Notes: a model not told the origin generated them from the sequence alone. Positions 18,005-28,765 are shown, counted from the first letter of the stretch. The stretch: 64,000 nt of DNA from Desulfosoma sp. (GCA_037481835.1 JBBFKW010000011.1:32001-96000), one strand, 5' to 3'. Numbers and translations are program-made.

Positions 18005-21000
18005 TTAGGCGGCCAAGGCCTCCGATGCCTTCGGCCCTTCCTTTCCCATGCCGTTGTCTCTTCGGCGGCTGGCCGGTTCCACATCTTCTCGGCGGCGCGG
18101 CCAGCGGCCGGTTCGGATCCGATACAACCAGAGTCGAATGTCGTTCAAAATGGCGAACAGGGATGGGATGAGCACCAGGGTGAGGGCCGTGGCGAAAGCC
18201 ACACCCGCGGCGAGGGTCACCGCCATGGGGATGAGAAACCGCGCCTGAAAATCCGTTTCCAGGATCATGGGCATGAGGCCGCCCACGGTGGTCACCGTGG
18301 TGAGGATGACCGCTCGAAAACGGCGCCGGCCGCCTTCCACGACGGCTTCAAAGAAGCGCATGCCCTCCGCCAGGTTTTCGTTCACCCGTTCAATGAGCAC
18401 GATGGCGTCGTTTACGACGACGCCGGTCAGAGCCACCATGCCGAAAAGGCTCATGATGGAGATGTCAAAGCCCATGATGAGATGCCCGACGACCGCGCCG
18501 ATGAGGCCGAAGGGGATGGTCACCATGATGATCAGCGGCTGGATGTAGGATCGAAAAATGGTGGCGATGATAATGAAGATGCCGAGAAGAGCCAGTGGGA
18601 AGCCCACTTTGAGGCTAGCCAAGGATTCGCGCATCTTTTTCTTTTCCCCTTGAAGGGCGACTCTTAATCCCGGGTATCGCTTTTGCAACTCGGGGAAGAA
18701 GCCGGAGGACAGATCCTGGAAAATTTCGTTGGCGTTGGCCCGGTCGCTGTCCACAGCGGCGCTCACGGCCACGCGTCGCATGCCGTCCGTTCTCGTGATC
18801 ACGGAGTAGCCCGGTGCGTATTCGAAGGACGCGACGGAACGCAACGGCACCTGAGCCCCTTGGGGGGTGCGGATCCGAACCTCATCGAGGCGGGAAAGGT
18901 CGCGCCGTTGCGCTTCCGTGTAACGGACCTTGATCCGGATGTCGTCCCGGCCGCGTTGGATGCGCAAGGCTTCTTCGCCGTAGTAGCCCGCATAGATCTG
19001 GCGGGCCAGATCGTCCACGGTGAGCCCCAGGGTGCGGGCTTCGGGTTTGAGCCGCAGGCGCAGCTCTCTTTTCCCTGCCGCATAATCGGATCGGATTTGA
19101 TAGACCCCGTCGAAACGGCGCAGCCGGTCCATGAGTTCTTCCGAGGCGGCCACGACGTGAGCCATGTTCTCTCCTTGGATCCACACTTCGATGGGCGCTC
19201 CCGGCGGTCCCGCCTCCATGCCTTCGAAGGTCAAGGCCTTGATCCCGGGAATGAGTCCCGTTTCCTTTTCCCACGCCACCATGATGTCCTTGGAATGGAT
19301 GCCGCGCTGCTCGGAATCCAGCAAAATGGCTTGGATCGCTCCATAATGAGGGCCCCGCATGGGAATCTGCCCGAGGGTCTGGCCGACCAGCACCAATCGA
19401 TCCACCAGCATGGGGGCGCCCGTTCGGGTCTTGAGACGCTCGTTGAGCCGCAGCAGGGCGCTTTCGACACGAGAGACGGCCTCCTGGGTCACATCCACCG
19501 GGGTGCCTTCGGGAAATTCGATGGTGGCGTTCAGGACGAACCCATCGATTTCCGTGAATAAGACGAACTTGACAATGCCTCCCTGAACGAGCCCGAGACT
19601 CATCAAGAGCACGGCGACGGCTGAACTGAGTCCGATGTATCGCCAGCGCAGGAAGAAGCGCAACGAGGGGAGGTAGACTCTTTCGATGAACCATTCCGTG
19701 CCGACGTGCACCCTGTGCTGCACGCCGTCGAGAAACCTCTTGACGGCCCGGGTCTTCTGCGGGCGCTGGTTGGGATCGGGAAGGTGGTTGAGGTGCGCGG
19801 GAAGGAGCGTCAGGCATTCCAGCAGGGAGATACTCAAAGCCGCCACGACCACCTGCGGGAGAATGGCGATGAATTTTCCCATGATGCCCCCGACGAAGGC
19901 CAGGGGGATAAAGGCCACGATGGTTGTGGTCACGGCGGCGATCACGGGCAAGCCCACTTCCGCGGTGCCTTCAATGGCCGCCGCCAGAGGGCGTTCCCCT
20001 TTTTGACGGTGCACGAAGATGGCCTCGCCTACCACGATGGCGTCGTCGACGATAATCCCCAAGACCATGATGAGGGCAAAAAGAGAGATCATGTTGATGG
20101 TGCCCCCCAGGCCCCACACGATGGCCAAAGCCCCGGCGACGGAGACGGGAATGCCCATGCCGGCCCAGAAGGCGAGGCGGGCATCCAGAAAGAGCCACAG
20201 AAGGATGAGGACCAGAATGAGACCGTAGAGGCCGTTACGGAGCAGGAGGTGGATGCGGGCCCGCAGCATGTCCGTGGTATCGTAGAGGATCTTGATGTGC
20301 AGGGAATCCGGAAGTTCCTTGGCCTTTCGGTCCACGTACCGGGAGACGGCGCTGGAAATGGCCAAGGCGTCTTCCTGGCTCGTCTTGAACACGATGAGCA
20401 TCACGGCGGGCTGCCCGTTGACGGAGGGACGGATGGGGTCCTCGGTGAAACCATCCACGACGCGGGCCACTCGACCCAAAGGAATCATGGCCCCTTGCGG
20501 GGTCGCCAGGAGAATGAGGGAAGCCAGCTCTTCTCCCCGGTATCGGCGACCCATGGTGCGCACGCGGATTTCTTCCCCTTCCGTGCGGATGGTTCCCCCG
20601 GCCAGATTCAGGTTGCTGCGTCGCACGGCGTCCGCCACCTGGGCGAAAGTGAGTCCATAGCGGCGAAGGGTTTCTTCGGACACTTCGATATGGATTTCGT
20701 AGTCCCGGGTGCCGAAGGTTTCCACTTGGGAAATTTCAGGCAGAGCCTGCAGGTCGTCCTTGACGCGCTCGGCCCATTCCTTGAGCCGCTCTTCGCTCAT
20801 GTTTCCGGAAAGGTACACCAGGGCGATGGGACTTCGCAGCGTAACATCCGTGATCACGGGCTGTTCGGCGTCCACAGGAAAGGTGGAAATGGCGTCGACC
20901 TTCGCCCGCACCCGGTCCAGCACCACCCGCAGATCCGCGTTTTCCATCACCTCGATGGTGGCGGTTCCCACATTTTCCTGGGCCTGGGTGGTGATCTGCT

Positions 21001-21235
21001 TGATCCCTTCAACCCCTTCCAGGGCTTCTTCGATCTTGCGGCAGATCCCCTCTTCCACCTCTTCCGGGTCGGCTCCGGGGTAAGGCACGCTGATGGTGAT
21101 CATGTCCAAGGAAAATTCCGGGAAATTTTCTTTGATCATAAAGAAAGCCGCCATGATCCCGGCCGTGAAGATGAGCAGCAGGACGATGTTGGCAAAGACG
21201 TTATTTCTGGCGAAGGCCGCCAAGAGGGATTTCAT
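18005..21235 (-). CDS. RND efflux transporter permease (AcrB/AcrD/AcrF family)
   Basis: 1076 aa; PGADPEEVEE, GIIVDDAIVVGE, GVVVNDAIVL and RFRAVILTT motifs. Confidence 0.95.
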   Translation of the reverse strand: MKSLLAAFARNNVFANIVLLLIFTAGIMAAFFMIKENFPEFSLDMITISVPYPGADPEEVEEGICRKIEEALEGVEGIKQITTQAQENVGTATIEVMENADLRVVLDRVRAKVDAISTFPVDAEQPVITDVTLRSPIALVYLSGNMSEERLKEWAERVKDDLQALPEISQVETFGTRDYEIHIEVSEETLRRYGLTFAQVADAVRRSNLNLAGGTIRTEGEEIRVRTMGRRYRGEELASLILLATPQGAMIPLGRVARVVDGFTEDPIRPSVNGQPAVMLIVFKTSQEDALAISSAVSRYVDRKAKELPDSLHIKILYDTTDMLRARIHLLLRNGLYGLILVLILLWLFLDARLAFWAGMGIPVSVAGALAIVWGLGGTINMISLFALIMVLGIIVDDAIVVGEAIFVHRQKGERPLAAAIEGTAEVGLPVIAAVTTTIVAFIPLAFVGGIMGKFIAILPQVVVAALSISLLECLTLLPAHLNHLPDPNQRPQKTRAVKRFLDGVQHRVHVGTEWFIERVYLPSLRFFLRWRYIGLSSAVAVLLMSLGLVQGGIVKFVLFTEIDGFVLNATIEFPEGTPVDVTQEAVSRVESALLRLNERLKTRTGAPMLVDRLVLVGQTLGQIPMRGPHYGAIQAILLDSEQRGIHSKDIMVAWEKETGLIPGIKALTFEGMEAGPPGAPIEVWIQGENMAHVVAASEELMDRLRRFDGVYQIRSDYAAGKRELRLRLKPEARTLGLTVDDLARQIYAGYYGEEALRIQRGRDDIRIKVRYTEAQRRDLSRLDEVRIRTPQGAQVPLRSVASFEYAPGYSVITRTDGMRRVAVSAAVDSDRANANEIFQDLSSGFFPELQKRYPGLRVALQGEKKKMRESLASLKVGFPLALLGIFIIIATIFRSYIQPLIIMVTIPFGLIGAVVGHLIMGFDISIMSLFGMVALTGVVVNDAIVLIERVNENLAEGMRFFEAVVEGGRRRFRAVILTTVTTVGGLMPMILETDFQARFLIPMAVTLAAGVAFATALTLVLIPSLFAILNDIRLWLYRIRTGRWPRRREDVEPASRRRDNGMGKEGPKASEALAA

Positions 21236-22590
21236 GGCCTGGAATCCTTAGGCTTCTGCCCTTGAGTCTCCACAACGTCGAGCAGCATGTTTTCCAGGGG
21301 GTTGACGAGTCGCGTGACGATGACCATGTCTCCGGGGCGGAGGCCTTCGGAAATGAACGCTTCTTCCCCCTGAAGGCGGGCCACCTCAACCGGAACCGTT
21401 TTCAGGCGCCTTTCCACAGACAGATACACCTTGTTGTCGTAGGTAACCGCCCATTGGGGCACACGCACCACCTGTTCCAGGGTCCGCCCGACAATGTCAA
21501 CGGCGCAAAACATGCCCTCGACCAAGGGCAGTCCCGACCGGCCGGTCCGGGAAGCCCGATCGGCCGGAACCCGCACGGCGACCGTAAGGGTTCGGCTGGT
21601 GCGGTCAAAGGCCACCACGCGATGGAGAAAGCCCTCCCAGGCGTGGCCCTCCGGATCTTGGCTCCATCGGACGGTGCAGGGGACTTGTCGAAGACTGTGA
21701 AACCACGCGAGCTCGGACGGGCCTGAGGACGGCTCGAAGAGGAGCCATCGGCGGGCGTCGTCGCTGTCCAGGGGGACGTGGATTTCCAAAATCGAGTCAT
21801 CGGCCAAGGTCACGTCGGGGGTTCCGGGGTTGAGGAACTGGCCGTGTTCCACGTTTTTCGCCGTAATCCGGCCTGTAAAGGGGGCCTTGACGGTGCATCG
21901 AGCCAACTGGATGAGAGCCCGTTCCCGTTGGGCTCGCGCCGCATCCAGAGCCGCTCGCGCTTCGCGAAGCCGCACCGGGTAGACGGCTACGCTTTGTTCC
22001 AAGAGCTTGAGCTGATCGAGAGCCTGATTATAGGCCTTTTCGGCAGCTTCCACCCCCGATCGCGTCCCCACCTTGCTTTCGTCGTAAAGACGCTGCAGCC
22101 TCTGAAACTCGGCCAAAGCAAGGTCTCGGGTTCGCTGGAGAACGCTCAACCGACGTTTTTCCAGGTCCCATTCCTTTTCCAGACGGGCCGCCGTATTTTC
22201 CAGTTGGGCCACCTGGGCGTCCGCCTCGGCCAAGGCCGTCTGGTAATCCCGGGGGTCGATTTGGAAAAGGACATCCCCTTCAGGAATGATTTCGCCCAGG
22301 TTCAGCCGAGGGTGCACAGCGATGACCGTTCCGGACACCTCTGCGGAAAGAACGACGCTTCGAATGGAGCGCGCTTCGCCGAATCCGGTGAGGACCACGG
22401 GCACGTTTTCCGGCTGGGCCCGCAGAATTTCCACCTTGTAAGCCTGTTCTTGGGAGACGGCCTGGGCCGGGGCTTTCTTGAGGGAAGCCAGGGCCGCCAT
22501 GGCGATGAGCCCTCCGAGGAGAATCGCGCTGCACACCGCGATCCGGAACCACACCTTCCGATCGCCGGAGTCGACGTTTTGCTGATCCAT
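21232..22590 (-). CDS. RND periplasmic adaptor (membrane fusion protein)
   Basis: N-terminal TM segment, SAEVSG..GDVLFQIDPRDY, coiled coil, VKAPFTG, GLRPGD. Confidence 0.92.
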   Translation of the reverse strand: MDQQNVDSGDRKVWFRIAVCSAILLGGLIAMAALASLKKAPAQAVSQEQAYKVEILRAQPENVPVVLTGFGEARSIRSVVLSAEVSGTVIAVHPRLNLGEIIPEGDVLFQIDPRDYQTALAEADAQVAQLENTAARLEKEWDLEKRRLSVLQRTRDLALAEFQRLQRLYDESKVGTRSGVEAAEKAYNQALDQLKLLEQSVAVYPVRLREARAALDAARAQRERALIQLARCTVKAPFTGRITAKNVEHGQFLNPGTPDVTLADDSILEIHVPLDSDDARRWLLFEPSSGPSELAWFHSLRQVPCTVRWSQDPEGHAWEGFLHRVVAFDRTSRTLTVAVRVPADRASRTGRSGLPLVEGMFCAVDIVGRTLEQVVRVPQWAVTYDNKVYLSVERRLKTVPVEVARLQGEEAFISEGLRPGDMVIVTRLVNPLENMLLDVVETQGQKPKDSRP

Positions 22591-22654
22591 AATGAGAAAT
22601 CACACCTCGGAGTTCGGTCTCCCCGGGGGCCTCGCCGGCCGCGGCTCGGGGGAT

Positions 22655-23026
22655 TCAACGCCAAAAGAGGCGGTATCGGCTGTGAATTTCCGCCTCCAGG
22701 TCCTCGTGGAGCAGCTCCAAGGGCCTGGCGCCGCGGGGGCACAGCACTGTGGGCGATGTGCCGAAAAGTCGGCACGTGAAAGGGCGAACCGGATAAATCG
22801 TGCATCCCTTTTCAGAAAGGTAAGGACAGCACGTCCCATGAGCGGGCAGGATCGAGCGACCTTGCGCGTGGAGGTAGGCGCGAATGCGGGCGTCCTCTTC
22901 GGGGGTTCTCGAAGGCACACCGAAAAGCCGACAGCAGTCCGTGCATCCGGGGAGGCACTCCATGGGAGGGATCATGGCATAGAGATCATCCAGGGAAAAC
23001 ACCCCGCCGTCGTCGGCATCGCGCAT
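22655..23026 (-). CDS. YkgJ-family cysteine-cluster (Zn/Fe-chelating) protein
   Basis: CLPGCTDCC ... CPYL ... CTIYPVRPFTCR; GGAGGAG RBS before ATG 23026. Confidence 0.82.
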   Translation of the reverse strand: MRDADDGGVFSLDDLYAMIPPMECLPGCTDCCRLFGVPSRTPEEDARIRAYLHAQGRSILPAHGTCCPYLSEKGCTIYPVRPFTCRLFGTSPTVLCPRGARPLELLHEDLEAEIHSRYRLFWR

Positions 23027-23199
23027 GGTGCGACTCCTCCTTCCCATGATTATGAAACCCTGGACCAAAACTTGCGCAAGAGCGCAGAACCGTCGTATGC
23101 TCGGCTAAGCGGTCAGGGTTTGTGCAACGGGTCAAACTATAGAACCGAAAAGGGCCTTGTGCAACAAGGTCCCCAAAAGGACTTCCGGGAGGTGCCCTC

Positions 23200-23610
23200 A
23201 TGGCGGATTGTATCTTTTGCCGGATTGCCGCCGGCGAGATTCCCTGCGCCAAGGTTTATGAGGACGAGCACGTTTTGGCCTTCTTGGACATCAATCCTCT
23301 CATGCCCGGTCATACCCTGCTCATCCCCAAGAAGCACTCGGAAACGCTTTTCGACATGAGCCCCGAAGAAGCGGCCGCGTGCGGTGCGGCCTTGCAAAAG
23401 GTGGCCTCGGCGGTTTTCAGGGGCCTTGATGCCGAAGGGCTGAACGTCCTTCAAAACAATTACGAGATTTCGGGGCAGGAAATTTTTCACGTCCATTTTC
23501 ACCTCATGCCCCGAAGAACCGGGGACGGCTTCAAGGTGCCGTGGCCGGCCAAGAAATACGGACCCGGCGAAATGGAATCCGTCCTCCAAAAAATCCTCAA
23601 GGCTTTGTGA
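23200..23610 (+). CDS. HIT-family nucleotide hydrolase
   Basis: CIFCRI, AFLDINP..PGHTLLIPKKH, HVHFH triad; GGAGG RBS. Confidence 0.94.
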   Translation: MADCIFCRIAAGEIPCAKVYEDEHVLAFLDINPLMPGHTLLIPKKHSETLFDMSPEEAAACGAALQKVASAVFRGLDAEGLNVLQNNYEISGQEIFHVHFHLMPRRTGDGFKVPWPAKKYGPGEMESVLQKILKAL

Positions 23611-23827
23611 CGGATTGAGGCTGGTCTGCCCCTTGCCCGAAAGCTCCCGGCCCTCACCGCCCAGCGCCAGTGAAATGGCCGATGGGCGAGAGTCAGGGGG
23701 CTGTCTCGCACACAACCGCCGCCCCCATCCAGGCGCCAGGGACGTGGGATGCAGGTTTATCTGAAAGTGGCGCTCAGAGTGTGGCAAGTCCGGACTTTCA
23801 TGGTTCGTTGTCTTGCCGAGGCCAGAG

Positions 23828-23858
23828 GTAGGTTGGGGTGAGCGCAGCGAACCCCAAC
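23828..23858 (+). repeat. GTAG-type REP palindrome, copy 1
   Basis: GTAG-GTTGGGGT-GAGCGCAGCGA-ACCCCAAC; identical to the copies at 42419 and 45589 (reverse). Confidence 0.85.
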
Positions 23859-23874
23859 GCAACCGCCGCCCCTT

Positions 23875-24762
23875 TCACTGCGGGGACCGTGCTTTCGGCT
23901 CCGGGCAACAGGGCCTCTTTCCATCGATGGCCTTGTGTTCCTTGATGACCAGGTGAAGAGCCCACAATGCTTCTTCGGTTTTGCCCCGCTTGAGGCACCC
24001 CGAGGCATAGATGCGGGCCTTTTGGTGCAGCATGCGCGCCGCTTGATCCCTTTGAACGGGGCTGAGGGGTTCCGTTTCCAGCAGTTTGGCCAAGGCGCGA
24101 AGGCGGAAACGATCCAAGGCGGGGACGGTCGCCGAGAGCTGGTCCCCATGCCCGCCCCGCTTGATGACCAGGGGTTTGGGGACGAGCCCGATGGGGTGGC
24201 GGCACCCGATGCGCAGCCACATGTCGTAGTCTTCGCACGCGGGAAGCGATTCGTCGAAAAGCCCTACTTCTTCGAAAAGGCTGCGGTGCATCATGACGGC
24301 CGAGGGGCTCACAAGGCAGCGTTCCAGCAGGCGCTCGAAACATGAGCCGGACGGCTTGGCATGATAGCGCTTTGGGTTACGGCGCCGCCCCTTGTGGATC
24401 CAGATTTCGTCCGTTTGGCAGATGCGCATGTCGGGCCGGTTTCGAAAGTAATCCAACTGGGCGCGGAGTTTTCCCGGAAGCCAGAGATCGTCTGAATCGA
24501 GGAAGGCGATCCATTCCCCCCGGGCGGCCATGATGCCAGCATTTCGGGCGGCGCTCACCCCGCCCGGGCTTTCCCTGCGAAGGATCCGCACGGCATCGCC
24601 GTAGGAGGTGAGAAGGCGAATCGAGTGATCTTCGGAGCCGTCATCCACAACAATGAGTTCGAACGGAGCCCCTTTTTGCGCCAAGACGGAATCCACGGCT
24701 TCCCGCACCATATCCGCCCGGTTTCGGGTGGGGATGATGACGCTGACGAGGTCCGCCGTCAT
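23875..24762 (-). CDS. Glycosyltransferase family 2
   Basis: VSVIIPTRNR, IVVDDGSED, GVSAARNAG, FLDSDD and CEDYDMW motifs. Confidence 0.93.
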   Translation of the reverse strand: MTADLVSVIIPTRNRADMVREAVDSVLAQKGAPFELIVVDDGSEDHSIRLLTSYGDAVRILRRESPGGVSAARNAGIMAARGEWIAFLDSDDLWLPGKLRAQLDYFRNRPDMRICQTDEIWIHKGRRRNPKRYHAKPSGSCFERLLERCLVSPSAVMMHRSLFEEVGLFDESLPACEDYDMWLRIGCRHPIGLVPKPLVIKRGGHGDQLSATVPALDRFRLRALAKLLETEPLSPVQRDQAARMLHQKARIYASGCLKRGKTEEALWALHLVIKEHKAIDGKRPCCPEPKARSPQ

Positions 24763-24779
24763 TTTCCTCAAGGCCTTTT

Positions 24780-26525
24780 TTAAAGATTCCCCAGCCACAC
24801 CCAGAAGCAGCCGAGAACCCCAAGCCCCACGAGGACCGATTCGATCAGGGTCTCGAGGAAGGCGGCGTCTTTGATCCGTCGGCCCCGGGAAAAGCGGAAA
24901 AAGACCCCGTAGGCTGCGGCGGCCGCGGCGAACAAAACCCCGAAAGGCGTCGTCGTTCCCCATAAAGGGCCGAGGAGGGCTCCAATGCCGATGAGCGTCA
25001 AGACCGCAATGATGAGCCGTGCGGCTTTGTCTTCTCCCAACAAGACGACGACCGTTTCACGGCCCACCAGACGGTCCCCCTGGATGTCCAGGCTGTCCAG
25101 GAGGGCGGTGCGCACGAGCACGAGGAGGAAGACCAGGGCGAAAGCGTAAAGAAGTCTCCCGAAGCCTTCTCCCAGATGCTCCAGATGCGGGAGCCACACC
25201 GTGACGCACGCCCAGGCCAGGGGCACGGTGAATGTCTTGGACCCGGGAATGTCTTTGATCTTCAGGATATTCAATCGATCGACCCACCGGGATCGGAAGA
25301 TGGGCACCGCATACAAGGATCCAAAGGCGAGGATGAGCACCATTACAAGCCCCGACGCGAAGCCCTGCATGGCGGCGCTCACCAACGCCAGAAGTGCGGC
25401 CGCCATCCCCGCGGTTGTGAAGGTGGCCCGCCTTTTTTCGTAATAGTCCGCCCGCTGCGGGTCGTTGAGCTGCAGGGCTTCCCGGTCCAGGTAGCGGTTG
25501 AGCGTGTGCATGGCGAACGCATAGGATGCCGCCATCAGGACGTGGTTCACGCCGATGGGGAGGTTCGTCAAGGCGGAGACGGCGGCGGTGAGAAGCCCTG
25601 CGGCAAGGGCGCACGCCGCGTTGTTGTAGGCGAGCTTCTCCAGGCGGCGCCGCCACACGGCTTCCCCAGCCATGTTACGATCCGGCTGAATGTTTTCCAG
25701 GAACCGCACCACGTTTCGGATCATCCAGTTGGGTGTGGATGCTCCCGCAGACACCCCCACCGTGTGAAACCGGGACATTTCCTGGGGATTCAAGTCCTTT
25801 TCCGTTTCCACGTGATAGGTGGGAACGCCGCACTCCCGGGCCGTTTCGGCCAACCGGATGGTGTTTCCGCTGTGAGTGCCGCCCACGATGACCATGGCGT
25901 CCACATGCCCGCACAGACGCCGCACCTCGCTCTGGCGCTCGTGAGTGGCCCCGCAGATGGTGTTTTCCACAAGACCGTGCGGGAACTTTTCCCGGAATCG
26001 CGCTTCGACCTGGCGGAACACCTCCTCGTTTTGTGTGGTCTGAGCCACCAAGAGGACCGAGGCCCATTCGGACGGCAGGCGATCCACATCGCTTGGCGAT
26101 TGGACGACAACGCCGCGTCCTTCCGTATAACCCATAAGGCCGATGACTTCCGCGTGATCCGCATCGCCCACGATGACGGTGTGGTATCCCTTGCGGGCAT
26201 GTTTGCGGATGATGGCCTGGACGCGTGCCACCCGTTTGCATGTGGCGTCGATGAGACCTCGTGAAATGTCCTTGAGGCGCCGGCGCTGGTCCGGTGGAAT
26301 GCCGTGCGCCCGGATGATGACCCACCGGTTCCGGCAGTCCTCTTCCGTTGCGGCTTCTTCCACACCTCGTTCTTTGAGCATGGCCAGGACCTGGCGGTTA
26401 TGAATGAGCGGCCCGAAGGTGCACAACGGCTCCTTCTGCCGGGATCGGGCCGCTTCCAGGGTCATTTCCAAGGCCGTGCGGACTCCTTGGCAGAACCCCG
26501 CCGTTTCGGCCACGATCACTTTCAT
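24780..26525 (-). CDS. ispH: IspH (HMBPP reductase) fused to a UbiA-like membrane prenyltransferase domain
   Basis: IspH Cys ligands GFCQGV, DATCKRV, NTICGAT plus IHN, HAEV, AQTT, SGNT, AGASTP. The C-terminal multi-TM region carries NRYLD and DSLDIQGD Asp-rich motifs. Confidence 0.9.
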   Translation of the reverse strand: MKVIVAETAGFCQGVRTALEMTLEAARSRQKEPLCTFGPLIHNRQVLAMLKERGVEEAATEEDCRNRWVIIRAHGIPPDQRRRLKDISRGLIDATCKRVARVQAIIRKHARKGYHTVIVGDADHAEVIGLMGYTEGRGVVVQSPSDVDRLPSEWASVLLVAQTTQNEEVFRQVEARFREKFPHGLVENTICGATHERQSEVRRLCGHVDAMVIVGGTHSGNTIRLAETARECGVPTYHVETEKDLNPQEMSRFHTVGVSAGASTPNWMIRNVVRFLENIQPDRNMAGEAVWRRRLEKLAYNNAACALAAGLLTAAVSALTNLPIGVNHVLMAASYAFAMHTLNRYLDREALQLNDPQRADYYEKRRATFTTAGMAAALLALVSAAMQGFASGLVMVLILAFGSLYAVPIFRSRWVDRLNILKIKDIPGSKTFTVPLAWACVTVWLPHLEHLGEGFGRLLYAFALVFLLVLVRTALLDSLDIQGDRLVGRETVVVLLGEDKAARLIIAVLTLIGIGALLGPLWGTTTPFGVLFAAAAAAYGVFFRFSRGRRIKDAAFLETLIESVLVGLGVLGCFWVWLGNL

Positions 26526-27733
26526 GGGACCTCCTCCGCCTTTGCGGACGTGCCGTTTCGGGGCACCTTGCAGGCGAGCAGGTCGGCGCCCGAAGCCGCA
26601 ACTTCCAAGATGTAGTCCTCGAACAAAGCCCACAGGGTGGAAAAATCAGGGGCGCTCATGATCCGGGCTCGCACACCGGAAGAGTTGGGGCATCCCTTTG
26701 TGTACCACACCACATGCTTTCGGAGGGCTCCCAAGGCCTTGGGTTTTTCGTGCATGAAAAGCTCGGCGTGATCACGGACGGTCCGGTGGAATTCTTCCCA
26801 GGAAAAGGGTTTGGGCCGCTTTGGGTTTTCTTCAGGCGCAGCGGCGCTGTGCGCTGAGCACTGGGGCGTCCTGTGTTCCCCGCCCGTAAAGGCGGTTTGG
26901 GCAGCAGTTTCCAGTGAGGAGGCGGACGGGCCTCGGGGCCGGCACTGGTCGGCGATGGCTCGAAAGAGCCACGGGTTTCCCAGAGCGCCGCGACCGATCA
27001 TGACGGCGTTACAACGGGTTTCCCGCATCATGCGATGGAAGTCGGAGGGGCACGTCACGTCGCCGTTGCCGATCACGGGGATGGATAGGTCGTCCTTGAG
27101 CCTTCGAATCCAGGACCAGTCCGCCTTTCCCGTATAAAATTGGCGGGCCGTACGGGCATGAACGGTGACGGCGTCTGCTCCGGCGTCCTGAATCATGCGG
27201 CACACCTGCACCACGTGGATGGAGTTCTGATCCCAGCCCAAACGTGTCTTGACGGTCACGGGAATGGTGACGGCCCGTTTGACCGTGTCCACGATGCGGG
27301 CAAGGCGATCGGGTTCGCGGATCAAGGCGGCGCCGGCGCCTTGACGGACGATCTTTCGGATGGGACATCCCGCATTGATATCGATGACAGCGGCGCCGCT
27401 GTCCTGGGCGGCGCGGGCGGCTTCGGCCATGACGTCCGGGGCGGCGCCGAAAATCTGAATCGCCACGGGAATGGGGACTCTTGAGGGGACGCGGAGCATT
27501 CTGCGGCACGATGGGTCGTTTCGCCGAAGCCCTTCGGCGCTCATCATTTCCGTCGTGACCATGCCCACGCCGAACCGGGAAACCACCTCGAGAAAGGGCC
27601 CGTCCGTCACTCCGGCCATGGGAGCCATGATGACCGGAGGGGCCACCTCCACGGTGCCGATACGGCATAGGCCGCCGACATAAGGGTCACGGTCCGGCTG
27701 TTTGAAAAAGCACTCTTCTTCAAAAAATTCCAT
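26522..27733 (-). CDS. dusB: tRNA-dihydrouridine synthase DusB
   Basis: MAPMAGVTD, DINAGCP, PVTVKTR, HART, IGNGD and MIGRG..GNPW motifs. Confidence 0.9.
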   Translation of the reverse strand: MEFFEEECFFKQPDRDPYVGGLCRIGTVEVAPPVIMAPMAGVTDGPFLEVVSRFGVGMVTTEMMSAEGLRRNDPSCRRMLRVPSRVPIPVAIQIFGAAPDVMAEAARAAQDSGAAVIDINAGCPIRKIVRQGAGAALIREPDRLARIVDTVKRAVTIPVTVKTRLGWDQNSIHVVQVCRMIQDAGADAVTVHARTARQFYTGKADWSWIRRLKDDLSIPVIGNGDVTCPSDFHRMMRETRCNAVMIGRGALGNPWLFRAIADQCRPRGPSASSLETAAQTAFTGGEHRTPQCSAHSAAAPEENPKRPKPFSWEEFHRTVRDHAELFMHEKPKALGALRKHVVWYTKGCPNSSGVRARIMSAPDFSTLWALFEDYILEVAASGADLLACKVPRNGTSAKAEEVP

Positions 27734-27847
27734 AATCCGACTCGAAACACATGGTCAGGCATTATCCCGACCCCGGGATTTTCGACCGAACCTACATAAG
27801 GGGATCCTGTGTTCCTGTCAATCGCACAGGTCCGAGCACTCTTCGCG

Positions 27848-27877
27848 TTGACAGGCCTTTTCGACCCTTGTTAGCTT
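27848..27877 (+). promoter_or_regulatory. Candidate sigma70 promoter for mqnB
   Basis: TTGACA-N18-TAGCTT with an extended -10 TG, 37 nt upstream of the ATG. Confidence 0.5.
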
Positions 27878-27913
27878 ACCCGTCGGATTTTCCCACGTGA
27901 ACAAAGGAACTTC

Positions 27914-28765
27914 ATGATCGGCTCATCCCCAAGGCTGGATCTTTTGATAGTCGGGGCCGTCCCGACCGAAGTGGACCCTTTGAAGGGCTTGCTTTCAGGC
28001 GTGGAGCGCATCGAAACGGAATGGACGGCGTGTTGGTTGGGCGGCTTCGGGCGCCTTAAGGTGGGCCTTGGTTCCCTGGGCATCGGCAAGGTCAATGCCG
28101 CGGCCGGATCGGCTTCCCTCATCGTGCGTTTTCGCCCGAACATGGTATGGATTGTGGGAAGCGCCGGCGCCTATGCGCGGGGGCCCCTCGAGGTCGGCGA
28201 CGTTTTGGTTTCTTCTCTTGTTTCCTTGGGCGATGAGGGGGTGTGGGACCATGGAGGCATCCGGTCCATGGAGGCCGTGGGGATTCCCGTGGCCGAGGAA
28301 CGGGGACGGCCGGTTTTCCAGCGCTTTTCTCTTGAGGGGGATGCACTCTTCGAGCGTCTAGCCCGTGTGACGCCCCCGGGGTTTTACTGTGCGGACGTTC
28401 ATTCTACCGGGATGCCGAGGGTGCTCCCGTGCCCCGGGACCACCGGGACTGCATCGATCTGCGTGAAGCGCCATGCGAAGCCTTTCCACGTGCTCATCGG
28501 GCCGTCGGTGACGGTGAGCATGTCGAGCGGTGACGAATGGGTCGCCAAGGAACGTTTTTCCCGCTATGATGCGTGGGCTGAGGACATGGAAGGGAGTGCG
28601 GTCATCCAGGTGTGCCGCCGGTATGGGGTTTCGGTGGCCCAATGCCGAGGGATCAGCAACCGGGCGGGGGTCCGCGACAAAAGATTGTGGCGCATGCAGG
28701 AGGCCCTGACCCACTGCCATGCTGTGGTGGGACGCTGGCTTCGTGCCTTCCATGAAGAACCCTAA
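27914..28765 (+). CDS. mqnB: Futalosine hydrolase (nucleoside phosphorylase/hydrolase family)
   Basis: GIGKVNAA, GSAGAY, TVS..SG, EDMEG and RGISN..G.RD..W motifs; adjacent to mqnD. Confidence 0.82.
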   Translation: MIGSSPRLDLLIVGAVPTEVDPLKGLLSGVERIETEWTACWLGGFGRLKVGLGSLGIGKVNAAAGSASLIVRFRPNMVWIVGSAGAYARGPLEVGDVLVSSLVSLGDEGVWDHGGIRSMEAVGIPVAEERGRPVFQRFSLEGDALFERLARVTPPGFYCADVHSTGMPRVLPCPGTTGTASICVKRHAKPFHVLIGPSVTVSMSSGDEWVAKERFSRYDAWAEDMEGSAVIQVCRRYGVSVAQCRGISNRAGVRDKRLWRMQEALTHCHAVVGRWLRAFHEEP

